Assembly (NCBI RefSeq): GCF_006345805.1
Contig: NW_021833369.1
Coordinates: forward strand, 1 to 27,385
Length of the DNA: 27,385 nt
Source of the DNA: Octopus sinensis
Taxonomy: Eukaryota
Reading direction: 5' to 3'
The notes under the pieces are model-generated. The model worked only from the letters and a program-made list of their open reading frames with translations. It did not search any database and was not told the DNA's origin. Every line of letters starts with the position of its first letter. The stretch's first letter is position 1. The translations under genes were made by a program, and so were the position numbers. Below are positions 10,131 to 20,540 of this stretch, in pieces.

Positions 10131-11120
10131 ATTGTCCTAAAACCTCTACGTAGTCACATACCCAAGTTCATTCGGGATGACATCGATTTCCTGTCACATC
10201 TGCCCAAATCAACAGAATCCAATGCACTGCCATAAATGATTGAGTCGGGAAACATAGAGAAGCGATTCCCAGCAGATTTTCTGTAACCTTCATACTAGAC
10301 ACAGTCAGTCTCATCCTCGAAAACAATACATACCTTTTCAACGGGAAAACACCTCCAAATTCAAGGCACAACTATGGGTACATGATTTGCCCCAGTTTTC
10401 GCGAAATCAGTATTGGGATACTTGGAACAAAACCTATATAAAAAAATTGAAGAAAACTACATCCTGATCTTTAGAAGACATATAGAGGACACATAGAACA
10501 GATACATCGATGATTGTTTCCTAATTTGGACCACATCCGTAGAAAATCTGGAAGAACTCAGCACCTTCCTCTACAATTGCACCCTAGTCTCAAATTCACA
10601 CGAGAAATGAGCAACTCATAATTATCATTTCTTGACATAATGGTAATTAAAAAGAAAACCATAATCACAACCGATATTTATAAAAGAACAGATACACACC
10701 AGTACCTAAATTTCAAATCATGCTACCGAGCACACACAAAACGCAACATCCCGTACGTAGGAAAATTTTTACTTTAGTAGATGATCCAAATACCAGTAAC
10801 ATACGACCTCAAGGGATTTCTGCTCAAGCAAAATTACTCTCTCCTACTTATAGAAAATAACATACAACGAGCAAATGAGATACCTATAGAAAAATTTAGG
10901 GCAATACGAAAAAGACGAACCCATCAACGGAACGCAACACCATTTCTAGTAACACACAATCCGCATCACCAAAACATTTTTAACATCATCAAAACAAATT
11001 TTCTAATCATGAAACAAAGTGAAAAATTAAAAACATAATAACTAATCAAACACGTGTCTTAAGCAAAAAGGCAACCACATAACCTAAAGAAACTATTAAC
11101 TTAGACAAAATTCAATATGA
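10131..11120 (+). mobile_element. Decayed Penelope-like element (Neptune-like, YIDD reverse transcriptase), RT plus thumb
   Basis: Across stops and frameshifts it reads LKPLRSHIPKFIRDDIDFL, LILENN, QGTTMGT*FAP (10362), LGYLE, RYIDDCFLIW (YIDD 10503-10514), HPSLKFT.E, LSFLDI, TDIYKRTDTHQYLNFKSC, TKRNIPY, PFLVTHNP and KRQPHNLKKLLT. These are typical PLE RT and thumb motifs. Confidence 0.92.
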
Positions 11121-11685
11121 ACGAACAAGATAAAACATTCACGAGTCCACAGACAACAAATCCTGAACACTAATGTTCCCCAAATTCTATTGAGTGAACA
11201 TATGTGGTTACAAAATGTTTCTAATTTTTCTTCTTCACAAACTACATAACACAAGTGAGGTTGGAAGAAAGATAAAAGAAAAACGTTTTATTAAAATGTT
11301 CAATCATGTTCTGAACGTAAATAACAACAATAATAATGCAACCAGTTAATGATGCGGATTAAAAAATATCTTTAACATATGAATATAAACAAATTACAGA
11401 AGACTCCCACCAACGGAAATAAAAACGATCAAAATCAACTAAGTTTGCTCACTCATAAAACCATCACATGTAAGTCGCAAGCTAATTGGTTAAAATAAAG
11501 GCGGGATCTATGCTAGTAATATCTGTACGCCCGGCAAACCTTGACGTTCAAGATGCATGCGGATTGGTCAAAACTGTATTCCAAAAATTCAGCTTGTTGG
11601 AGCCTTCTAAGGGATATGAAAAGGAACAAGTCAGTCATTTTACTACAGTTATTAAGAATTCAACAGTCAGTTAAAAAACATTTTG

Positions 11686-11724
11686 AAATCTGATGATTAC
11701 TACGAACGTATGAAAGCGCTAATT
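11686..11724 (+). ncRNA. Minimal type I hammerhead ribozyme motif in the putative 3' pseudo-LTR of the YIDD PLE
   Basis: AAT-CTGATGA(11690-11696)-TTACTACGAACGTAT-GAAA(11712-11715)-GCGC-TA-ATT. The core is intact, helix III is the palindrome AGCGCU and the cleavage triplet is CUA. Helix I is only 3 bp and stem II is imperfect (TAC/GTA). Confidence 0.55.
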
Positions 11725-11874
11725 GAACTGTATTAATACTACAAAAAATGTTTGACTATTTAACTCATGTCAACACGGTAAAAAATTTTAATAAATGATA
11801 AAAAGCGTGAAAACCATCCCATGTTTTAACTGATATATTATTCTATACACATTTACACAAATTCGGAACAAAAA

Positions 11875-12000
11875 ATATATATATACACATATACATATAA
11901 ATACATACATATATATTTATATAAGTATCTATGCACGTATGTATGTATGTATGTATGTATGTATGTATGTATGTATGTATGTATGTATGTATGTATGTAT
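11875..12000. repeat. (TA)n/(ATGT)n microsatellite
   Basis: Directly visible. Confidence 0.95.
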
Positions 12001-12287
12001 ATGACGTGTATGGTAGAATATTCAACATTTTCCAAATTTACTTCTAAATCCATTATGAATTTTCCAAAGTGTATTGATGCTTCAGCTTCATATTTTTTGT
12101 GAGTTTGTGAATTACTTACAAATTTTAATACGTATTTAAGTGAATTATTATTGTCTAATAGGTGTTGATACATTGAAGCAAAAAAACAATTGGAAATCTT
12201 TTTTCTAATTTATAGCTAGTTTATAGATTTGATTGTTTAGGAAGTTGAATGCTATTCATTGTTCAAGTGAAATATGTGTCTATATAT

Positions 12288-12900
12288 CGACAGAAAATTG
12301 CATATTTATAGCTATCTCTAGTTATTTATTTTAATTAGTGTAATCCATTATGCATCTATCGTCGTCCAGTATTGTGGCATTTGATTCGACTAATTCTGTG
12401 TTTATCAATTCTGCTAATAATTTAGCTTAATGATCCACTGACATTGTAGGCATCAGTTGTTTCCATAATTCTTTGAGGTCTTCCAGTTTTCCTTTTGATA
12501 TTGGTAGCAGTTGGGAATACTTCATTCGCAATGTATTCTGAGCAAAGTTAAATGAACTAGTGCTATAGTCTTTTCTCTACTTTCAACCATCTAACAGAAT
12601 GGCTGTTATCAGGGGTGACAGAGAGTGGATATGGCTTAGCCTTTGTAGTATTTAAAATCAAATATCAACATTCTTGAATCAGTGAATCTAATAGTTAATT
12701 TCCTCCTCATATTGCATAATCTCAGGGCATTATGATCAGCAAAGTTGTTCTGTGTCATTTCTACAACTGGAAAGCGTTGCGAAAATGCAGTAGTTATTGT
12801 TGTAACAAAATCGTCTGTGAAAATGCAGTAGTTATTGTTGTAACATAATCGTCTGTGCCCATCCCTCGCTTCATTATTACTGGCCCTCCAAAGTGAAAGA
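12288..12900 (-). mobile_element. Possible decayed Sola-like DNA transposon 3' half
   Basis: Minus-strand remnants DD(F/Y)VTTITTAFSQRFPVVEMTQNNFADHNAL and KYSQLLPISKGKLEDLKEL resemble C-terminal motifs I recall from Sola-type transposases. A putative terminus CTGTCG|ATAT lies at 12288. Assignment is from memory. Confidence 0.35.
12781..12857. repeat. Tandem duplication of a 38-bp unit (2 copies, 1 mismatch)
   Basis: GAAAATGCAGTAGTTATTGTTGTAACA(A/T)AATCGTCTGT occurs at 12781-12818 and 12819-12856. Confidence 0.95.
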
Positions 12901-13084
12901 GTGTGAATTAAGCCGCATTTTTTCCATGGATAAAGATGAGGTTTCAAATTTACCTTTAAGATAAAATGTCAGGTTACTATAATCTTGACTGGGCATCCTG
13001 TTGGCCAGATTGTGTTTACACAAAATGCTTACAGAGATATTCGCCTGGGTTTACTCAATTTCTTTATACATTCATACAAGCATA

Positions 13085-13098
13085 CACACACACACACG

Positions 13099-13142
<44 letters not shown>

Positions 13143-13325
13143 CATACGTTCATGCATACATACATACATACATTTATACATACATACATACATACATACA
13201 TACATACATACACACATAAATACATACATACGTTCATACATACATTCATACATACATACATTCATACATACATACATTTATACATACATACATACACACA
13301 TACATACATACATACATATAAGATT

Positions 13326-13380
<55 letters not shown>

Positions 13381-13490
13381 CGATAGATAGATAAATAAAT
13401 AGATAAATAGATAGATATGCAGACAGATAGATAGATATGAATATATGTCTGTCTCTCTGTCTCTCTCTCTGTCTCTGTCTCTCTCTCTCT
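13085..13490. repeat. (CA)n-(TA)n-(ACAT)n-(AGAT)n-(CT)n microsatellite cluster
   Basis: Directly visible. Confidence 0.95.
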
Positions 13491-13544
13491 ATGTACCCTT
13501 CTGTCTATCAATCCCTATAAGAATGTATGTACGTACGTACGTAG

Positions 13545-13682
13545 TGCGTATGTATGTATGTATGTATGTATGTATTATGTATGTATGTATTGTATGTATG
13601 TATGTATGCATGTATGTATGTATGTATGTTGTATGTATGTATGTATGTATGTATGTATGTATGTATGTATGTATGTATGTAT
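13545..13682. repeat. (ATGT)n microsatellite
   Basis: Directly visible. Confidence 0.95.
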
Positions 13683-13887
13683 AGACATTTGTTAAAAATA
13701 AAAGTATGGCATTCAGCTACTGATTCATTATTTGTATTGGGTTGTATCAATTACACGTTGCTGTCAAGTACGGAAACCAAACTTGTATTACTGAGATGCT
13801 GTAATATCCTTGCGCAAATATTCATTCAGGAATATCTCATTAAACTGACTGGCTTCTCTAGTGACTGTCGTTTTGAAACAATTTTCC

Positions 13888-14075
<188 letters not shown>

Positions 14076-14496
14076 AAATTATATATATGTATACGCGTGT
14101 ATATGAATATACTACGTAAGGATGTACGTGAATGACAATGTGTATATGCGTAACAGATTTGTAGTTGACTGTTAACATTTGTATTTTCTCAGAAGTTAAC
14201 AAACACCAGAGTGGCGCAGGTTTTTTTTCTTCCTAAATCGAAAAATATCAAGGTAAACATGAAACTCGGTCATTTTGCCCGCAGATATCATTAAAGGCAG
14301 GAACCATGAAGTAGAAGTCAATAACACTTTATTAGAAAATGTTCAGATAGTAAATGGAATGTTCTTGTAATGTACCCTCTTCAAACTGTAGCTGCACAGA
14401 CGACACTAAAATAATAATGTAATATCAAGGATATAAATTTATGTAAAACCTGCAATAATATTTTTTGCTGTTCTTTTTTAAATATGTAAGACGATG

Positions 14497-15416
14497 AAGT
14501 GGCAAAATCATTAGCACGCCGGGCGAAATGCTTAGCGGTATTTCGTCTGCGTTACGTTGTGAGTTCAAATTCCGCCGAGGTCGACTTTGCCTTTCATCCT
14601 TTAGGGGTCGATAAATTAAGTACCAGTTACGCACTGGGGTCGATGTAATCGACGTAATACCTATGTCTGTCCTTGTTTGTCCGCTTTGTGTTTAGCCCCT
14701 TGTGGGTAATAAAGAAATAGGTATTTCGTCTGCCGTTACGTTCTGAGTTCAAATTCCGCCGAGGTCGACTTTGCCTTTCATCCTTTCGGGGTCGATTAAA
14801 TAAGTACCAGTTACGCACTGGGGTCGATATAATCGACTTAATCCGTTTGTCTGTCCTTGTTTGTCCAATGTGTTTAGCCCCTTGTGAGTAGTAAAGAAAT
14901 AGGCATTTCGTCTGCCGTTACGTTCTGAGTTCAAATTCCGCCGAGGTCGACTTTGCTTTTCATCCTTTCGGGGATCGATAAATTAAGTACCAGTTACACA
15001 CTGGAGTCGATGTAATCGACTTAATTGTTTATCCCCTCTATGTGTAGCCCCTTGTGGGTAATAAAGAAACAGGTATTTCGTCTGTCGCTACGTTCTGAGT
15101 TCAAATCCTACCGAGGTCGACTTTGGCTTTCATTCTTTCGCGGTCGATTAAATAAGTACCAGTAACACACTGGGGTCGATATAATCAACCTAATCCGTTT
15201 GTCTGTCCTTGATTGTCCTCTCTAAGCTTAGCTCCTTGTAGGTAGTAAAGAAATAGGCATTTCGTCCATCTTTAATTTCTGAGTTCAAATTCTCCCGAAG
15301 TCTACTTTACTTTTCATCCTTTCGGAGGTCGATAAAATAAGTACCATTTAACCATTGGGATCTATTTATCCACTTCCCGAAATTACTTGCGTTGTACCAA
15401 AATTTGAAACCAATAT
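14497..15416 (+). mobile_element. Five-unit head-to-tail concatemer of SINE family B
   Basis: One intact head (about 14497-14536) is followed by units starting GG(T/C)ATTTCGTC at 14537, 14720, 14902, 15072 and 15256 (183, 182, 170, 184 bp). Units 1-4 end in AGC(C/T)CCTTGT..GTA(A/G)TAAAGAAA(T/C)A. Unit 5 ends in the ordinary family-B tail CCAAAATTTGAAACCAATAT. Confidence 0.95.
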
Positions 15417-15519
15417 TTTTTACTATGTGTATATGATGGAATTTCCCGCCGAAGGCAACGTATGAGTGTTCAGCTTTTTGCCGAAGGACCTACACTAATG
15501 ATTTGTTTACCGGGATCAA

Positions 15520-15734
15520 ATGTATGTGCTGTACATTAACTCACTCTCTCCACTCTCTCCATCAAATCGACATTGTACAAGGGCGGTTCGCAATGAGACG
15601 TCGAAATGATTGCAGAACAACGTGTAATGAAGTGTTTTCCTCAAGAACACAACGCGCTGCCCGGTCCGGAAATCGAACCCACTATTTAGCAATCGTAAGA
15701 GTAGCATCCTAACCACTAAGCTATGTGCCTTCAC
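15520..15734 (-). mobile_element. tRNA-derived SINE, family C
   Basis: The minus strand reads GTGAAGGCACATAGCTTAGTGGTTAGG (A box) ... GGGTTCGATTTCC (B box) ... GTTGTGTTCTTGAGGAAAACACTT. The head type is the same as 17193-17488. Confidence 0.8.
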
Positions 15735-16029
15735 CTTATAAGCAGAATCTCAAATTTTGAGAAATCGCGCATCGTTCGTTAAAAACTTTTAAGATGTAAA
15801 ATGTATAATAGAATTTACGCAGGGTAATGGTGGACTTCAGACCGGGTTTTCACTGATACCATTACACTGTCAAAAGTCCATTGCAATACTTAAATGTTAC
15901 ATAAGCGTGTTATTCAATTTGTGAAGACTAGATAATGTAACCTACTTATAAGATTTTCCATAATATAACAGATATTTCTGTAAACGAAATATGTTCAAGA
16001 TGATATAACAAATTGAACAGCACCCATGA

Positions 16030-16591
16030 CGTCAAGGCAACACTAACGTCCTCTCAATGATTAGCCAGAGATGATTTTTAAAATGACAAAATCTGAAATA
16101 AACTCGACTGCTCTCACAAACGAGAATACTAAAAACGAAGCCGACCGCCTTCAAAAATTAATTTGAAAAATAGGAAAAATAATCCAGAATCCTTGTCCGA
16201 TACCTGATCGATCCTAATGGTAGTCATGGAATGGGAAGGTGGCTGTAGAAAATTTAATTACAGAAATAAATAGTTTATTTTTATCTAATACAAGCCAAAG
16301 TTAACAAATTCGTCATTCAAAATAGTTAAAGGGAAATAATTGTACAAATAATTGAGAAAGACTTGAAAGTTAACATAAGATCGTAATCACGTAAAGTAAA
16401 GTAAATATAACAAATAATCCAGAATCCTTGTCCGGTACTGGATCGATCCCAAAATCTAATCAGTTCATGCCAGTTACGAGGCCAAACATCCCTGAAAGTT
16501 TCATCCAAATCCATCCAGCGGTTCTTGAGATATCTTGTCCACGGACAAATAAACGACTGAAACAATACCACCGTTAAGGCGAAGGTAATAA
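16030..16591 (-). mobile_element. Helentron/HINE-like non-autonomous element, apparently two partial copies
   Basis: The minus strand begins ATTATTACCTTCGCC...GGTGGTATTGTTTTCAGTCG...GATATCTCAAGAACCGCTGGATGGATTTGGATGAAACTTTCAGG, a style I recall from HINE/DINE-1-like elements. A 38-bp direct repeat lies at 16177-16214 and 16412-16449 (3 mismatches). Confidence 0.55.
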
Positions 16592-16832
16592 TGGACTAAG
16601 TCTCTTTTTTGTCTCCTCTATGTATGTATACATATAAATGTGTGTGTGTGTGTATGTATACACTTACATACACATGTGCATGTGTGTATATACATACCTA
16701 TATATATACACATACCTATATACATATACCTACATACATATATATACACATATGCTTTTGTGTATGAGTGTGCGGGTACGTGGGTGCGCGCGTCTCTCCA
16801 TTTGCGTGTGTTTCCTACCCGTTAAGAAATGT

Positions 16833-16995
16833 TGGTTTGTTTACGTCCCAGTAACTTAACGATTCTGCAGAAGAAATCAGTAGAGTAAACATCAGACTTG
16901 AAACGAATATTGCAACCGATTTCATCAACTGAATACTGCAAGGTGGTACCCCGGCATAACCAAAGTTTAATGAGGGAATCAAGTGAAAGAATAAA
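16833..16995 (+). mobile_element. SINE family A, degenerate 3' half
   Basis: TGGTTTGTTTACGTCCCAGTAACTTAACG...CAAGGTGGTACCCCGGCAT...CAAGTGAAAGAATAAAAG is collinear with 625-777. Confidence 0.65.
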
Positions 16996-17049
16996 AGAAC
17001 AAAATAAACACACACACTCACACACACAAACATGTATACATACTTGTAT

Positions 17050-17185
17050 ATGTATGTTCTTCTATGTATGTATGTATGTATGTATGTATGTATGTATGTA
17101 TGTATGTATGTATGTATGTATGTATGTATGTATGTATGTATGTGTGTGTATGTATGTGTGTGTGTATGTATTTATGTATATATGA
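17050..17185. repeat. (ATGT)n microsatellite
   Basis: Directly visible. Confidence 0.95.
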
Positions 17186-17192
17186 ATGTTGA

Positions 17193-17488
17193 GTGAAGGC
17201 GTATGGTTTTGTCATTTGGGTCTTCGGCTCGCAATCTTAAAGTCCTGAGTTCGATTCCTGGTGGCGCATTCCAGTTTATTTCACGTTGCTCCAGTTCACA
17301 CGGCTGGCAAAAATGAGTAGTCCTTGTATTTCAAAGGGCCAGAATTGTCACATTTTTGTGTCGCGCTAAATCTCCCAGAGAACTACGTTAACGGCACACG
17401 TGCTCAGCCGTTTGCACGTTAATTTCACAGGCTGTTCTGTTGATCGGATCAACTGGAACACTCGTCGTTGTAACCGACGGAGTACCTG
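17193..17488 (+). mobile_element. tRNA-derived SINE, family C
   Basis: GTGAAGGCGTATGG head and GAGTTCGATTCC B box (about 17246-17257), then TTTATTTCACGTTGCTCCAG...GTTGTAACCGACGGAGT. Confidence 0.8.
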
Positions 17489-17761
17489 TCAAATGGATAA
17501 TCAGAGTAAGAATATAAACAGCAAATAAAATAGTAATAACTTTGAATAACAAGGATAGATAATGTGGCTAGCTTGTAAACTGGTTAATACATCGGAGAAA
17601 ATGCCTTGGAAGACAGAGGGAAAGGGAAAGGAGAAAAAGTGTGGGATAGAGAAAGTGAGAGCAAAAAAAAGGAAGGGAGATAGAAAGAAGCAAAGAGAGA
17701 GAGAGAGAGAGAAAGAGAAAGAGGGAAGGAGAGAGAAATAGGGGAAGAATAGGACCCCTTC

Positions 17762-17845
17762 CCCCAGTATTGGGCTGGTACTTTATTTACTGTCTTCTAA
17801 AAGGATACAATGCATTGTTGACCATGGCGCGATTTGAACTCAGGG
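17762..17845 (-). mobile_element. SINE family B internal fragment
   Basis: The reverse complement gives GAGTTCAAATCGCGCC...AAAGTACCAGCCCAATACTGGGG. It is preceded on the plus strand by (GA)n. Confidence 0.6.
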
Positions 17846-17936
17846 ATTAGAGATCTGGAATTATCTGACTGAGTAATCCAGTGACACGTGTATTCTTAGG
17901 TCAAAACTGCGTGATGCAACGTGATAAGTACAATCA

Positions 17937-17995
<59 letters not shown>

Positions 17996-18090
17996 GGAGA
18001 GAGGGAGAGAGGAAGAAAGAGAGAGAGAAAGACGGAAAGGGAGAAAGGCGGAGAGAGAGAGAAAGTGAGATGGAGACAGAGATAGGGAAA

Positions 18091-18180
18091 GTTGACCCCA
18101 GTACTGGGCTGGTACTTTAGTTACCGACCGCTAAAAGGGTGTAAGGCATAGCTGACCTTTGGTACGATTTGAATTCAGAG
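18091..18180 (-). mobile_element. SINE family B internal fragment (sister of 17762-17845)
   Basis: The reverse complement gives GAATTCAAATCGTACC...AAAGTACCAGCCCAGTACTGGGGTCAAC. Confidence 0.6.
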
Positions 18181-18247
18181 AATAGAGATCCGGAACTGAT
18201 TCTATCCGACATTCTGGCTATTCTGCTAGTAAAAACAACAACAAAAT

Positions 18248-18295
<48 letters not shown>

Positions 18296-18436
18296 GAGCA
18301 GCGGCATCACGAGCAAACGAAGGAGCTTGCTACTGTTATTGTCGTTGGTGTTATTTTATAGGCCTATGCCAACTCTGATCGAGCAAATTTATGTTTCAAG
18401 ACATTCCGGCTGTGACTATCCCATCTTATAAGGATC

Positions 18437-18585
18437 GTGATGACTTTAACCTGTATCCGGTATTGCAGCTCTGGTTTAGGAGATGCAAAGTTTTGTGATA
18501 TGTGGAACCATCTCTTGGTCACTATTGTTTCTAGATCTAACCTGACCCGGTGTAGTGGCACCTATCAGGGTCCTAGCTAAGGATT
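18437..18585 (+). mobile_element. Degenerate copy of the head of the 990-1460 element
   Basis: GATGACTTTAACCTGTATCCGG...CTGACCCGGTGTAGTGGCACCTATCAGGGTCCTAGCTA aligns loosely with the reverse complement of 1310-1460. Confidence 0.45.
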
Positions 18586-19104
18586 AATCAGCATATAAAT
18601 AAATAGAGGTCCTCTATATAGGAATAAACAGCCCCGAACCAAATCACGCATGGCCCTTTGGCAAAGCCTGGTGCCCGGGAAATACGCGAGTTGGAGTTGA
18701 TGCAACATAATATAAACTGTTGATTCAATGGCGAATATCATTAGAAACTGAGCGAAAGGACAGCCAACAAACTGTCAAAGGCCACGATCAACCTCCTCAA
18801 TTAGCGAACTACTGCTATTATCTGTAGTCGCAGCGTGTGCGCAGATGAGACATTCCGAAAGACCAACATGACTCATTGGTCTGAGCAAATCACCTGACCG
18901 AATGATGATGATGATGAGAAAAACTGTAATACCTAATGCACCCTTTCCATTTTTAAGATGGTAAAACTTGCTTATTGGAAGAGTTGATGGTTATTTCTAG
19001 CATACAGTGATTTCATAGTTGACTCTATGTAAAATGTATAAAAGCAGATGGCTACTATTGGGGCTAATTGTGTAATTGTTGATTAAATGAACGAAGAGAC
19101 CATA

Positions 19105-19275
19105 ATATGTTTTACTTTTAAATTTTGGCACAAGGCCAGCAATTTTAAGGGAAGGGTTAAGTCGCTTTCATCGACTCCCAGTGATCCACAGGTACTTATT
19201 TTATCGACCCCGAAAGGATGAAAGGTATAGTGGACCTTGGCGGAATTTGAACTCAGAACGCGCAGAAGGACGAAG
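19105..19275 (-). mobile_element. SINE family B, 5'-truncated
   Basis: The reverse complement gives TTCGTCC...GTTCTGAGTTCAAATTCCGCCAAGG...CTTTCATCCTTTCGGGGTCGATAAAATAAGTACC...GCTGGCCTTGTGCCAAAATT. Confidence 0.88.
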
Positions 19276-19320
19276 ACCATGATATAAGTATTGTTATTTA
19301 TATTCACTGTTCTATAAAAC

Positions 19321-19521
19321 AGTGAACTGGCAGAGTCGTTAGCCAACCCAGGTAAAATGTTTAGTTGCATATCATCCGTCTTTCCGTCCTGAGCTCAAAT
19401 TACACCGAGGTCTACTTTGTTTTTCATCCTTTTGGAGTCGATGAAATAATTACTAATTGATGCAACTGACTTACCCCTCCCCAAAAATTACTGGCCTTGT
19501 GCCAAAATCTGAAACCAATAT
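19321..19521 (+). mobile_element. SINE family B, full length, diverged
   Basis: CTGGCAGAGTCGTTAG head, CCGAGGTCTACTTTGTTTTTCATCC core and CTGGCCTTGTGCCAAAATCTGAAACCAATAT tail. Confidence 0.88.
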
Positions 19522-20299
19522 CCATTATAGTAGTTTATATAGAGAAACAGATGGAGACGAAAGAGGTTTTGTAGAAAACGAAGAATAATGTAGTAAGTGG
19601 TGGCAAATCAATAGGGAGGTTTAGGAAGAGAATATTTCTAAAGAGTTACCAAGGTTCTCCGCTTCCCGGCAGTCTCTATCTTTTCGACTCTCACGGTGCC
19701 GGTACAAGACATGAACCGCCTACAGTCGACAGGTGAAGAAACTGAAGATCTTTAATTTTTAAAATACGCTTTCAGTCACCTGGTGAAGTAGGATTACGCA
19801 TTATGCAGATTGAAATATTTCATTGAACCAACAACAACAGCATTGGTTCCACATTAGAAAGGTATCAAATGAGATAGGTCGGGCGTGTATTGTTCAGGAC
19901 TGACTCGTGCTTTTCGCGCATAGGGCCTTCTACACTATATTTCAAAGTGATTCAAATATCATCTTAAAATCACTTTGAAGACGAGTAAAATAAATATTTT
20001 TAAAATAGGAGATATCGCTATCCACTGTTCAGTTTGGCGGTCTCGTTGTTGGATGGTCATTGCGGATATAAAGGAGCAACTCATTTAGTACTTCAAAGAG
20101 AAGCGTGAAAAGAGGCATATACTCACAGTTATACTTAGATAAGTTTCGACCAGAAATGGCGCAGGCGATATCTGACTTGGAAAAGACATTTAATGATGGC
20201 ATCATCTACAAACAAATATTCACATGCTTCTTCTGAGACTGAAGCGGCATATAAAGAATTCAGTTGTTCAGAAATCAAAGGATCATTTAATGAAACTAA

Positions 20300-20540
20300 A
20301 GAGAGGGAGAGAGAGAAGGGAGAGAGAGAGAGAGATGGGGAATAGAGAGAGGGGGAAGAGAGAGAGAGAGACTCAAAAAGAATGCAGGTGGTTTTGGGGG
20401 AGAGGGAGAGAAAGAGGTATTAAAGAGAAAAAGATAGAGTGAGAGAAAGAGTGTGTGTAAGAGAGAAACAGAGTGAGAGAGAGGAAGAAAGTGAGAGTAA
20501 AAGATAGAGAGAAGGGGAAAGAGAGAGAGAGAGGTAAGAG
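20300..20540. repeat. (GA)n-rich polypurine tract
   Basis: Directly visible. Confidence 0.9.

Noticed and set aside
14170-14210. Possible 27-nt microexon after TATTTTCTCAG
   Set aside because: The donor GTTTTT is very weak.
14537-15416. CRISPR-like or hammerhead-retrozyme reading of the tandem array
   Set aside because: The context is eukaryotic, there are no unique spacers and the units are SINE bodies. No CUGANGA/GAAA core was found on either strand of the units.
18845-18892. CAGATGAG...CGAAA-GACCAA/TTGGTC hairpin resembling a hammerhead
   Set aside because: U4 is A, the cleavage-site base is G and stem II does not pair. There are too many deviations.
19941-19979. Perfect 12-bp inverted repeat TTCAAAGTGATT/AATCACTTTGAA with 15-nt spacer
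   Set aside because: Too short for a pre-miRNA or MITE, with no TSD. It is compatible with chance in AT-rich DNA.
20127-20295. Minus-strand 169-nt exon candidate (CT-tract acceptor, GTGAGT donor; SLNDPLISEQLNSLY...)
   Set aside because: The acceptor pyrimidines come from a GA microsatellite, the only long frame stops just before the donor, and no homology was recognised.
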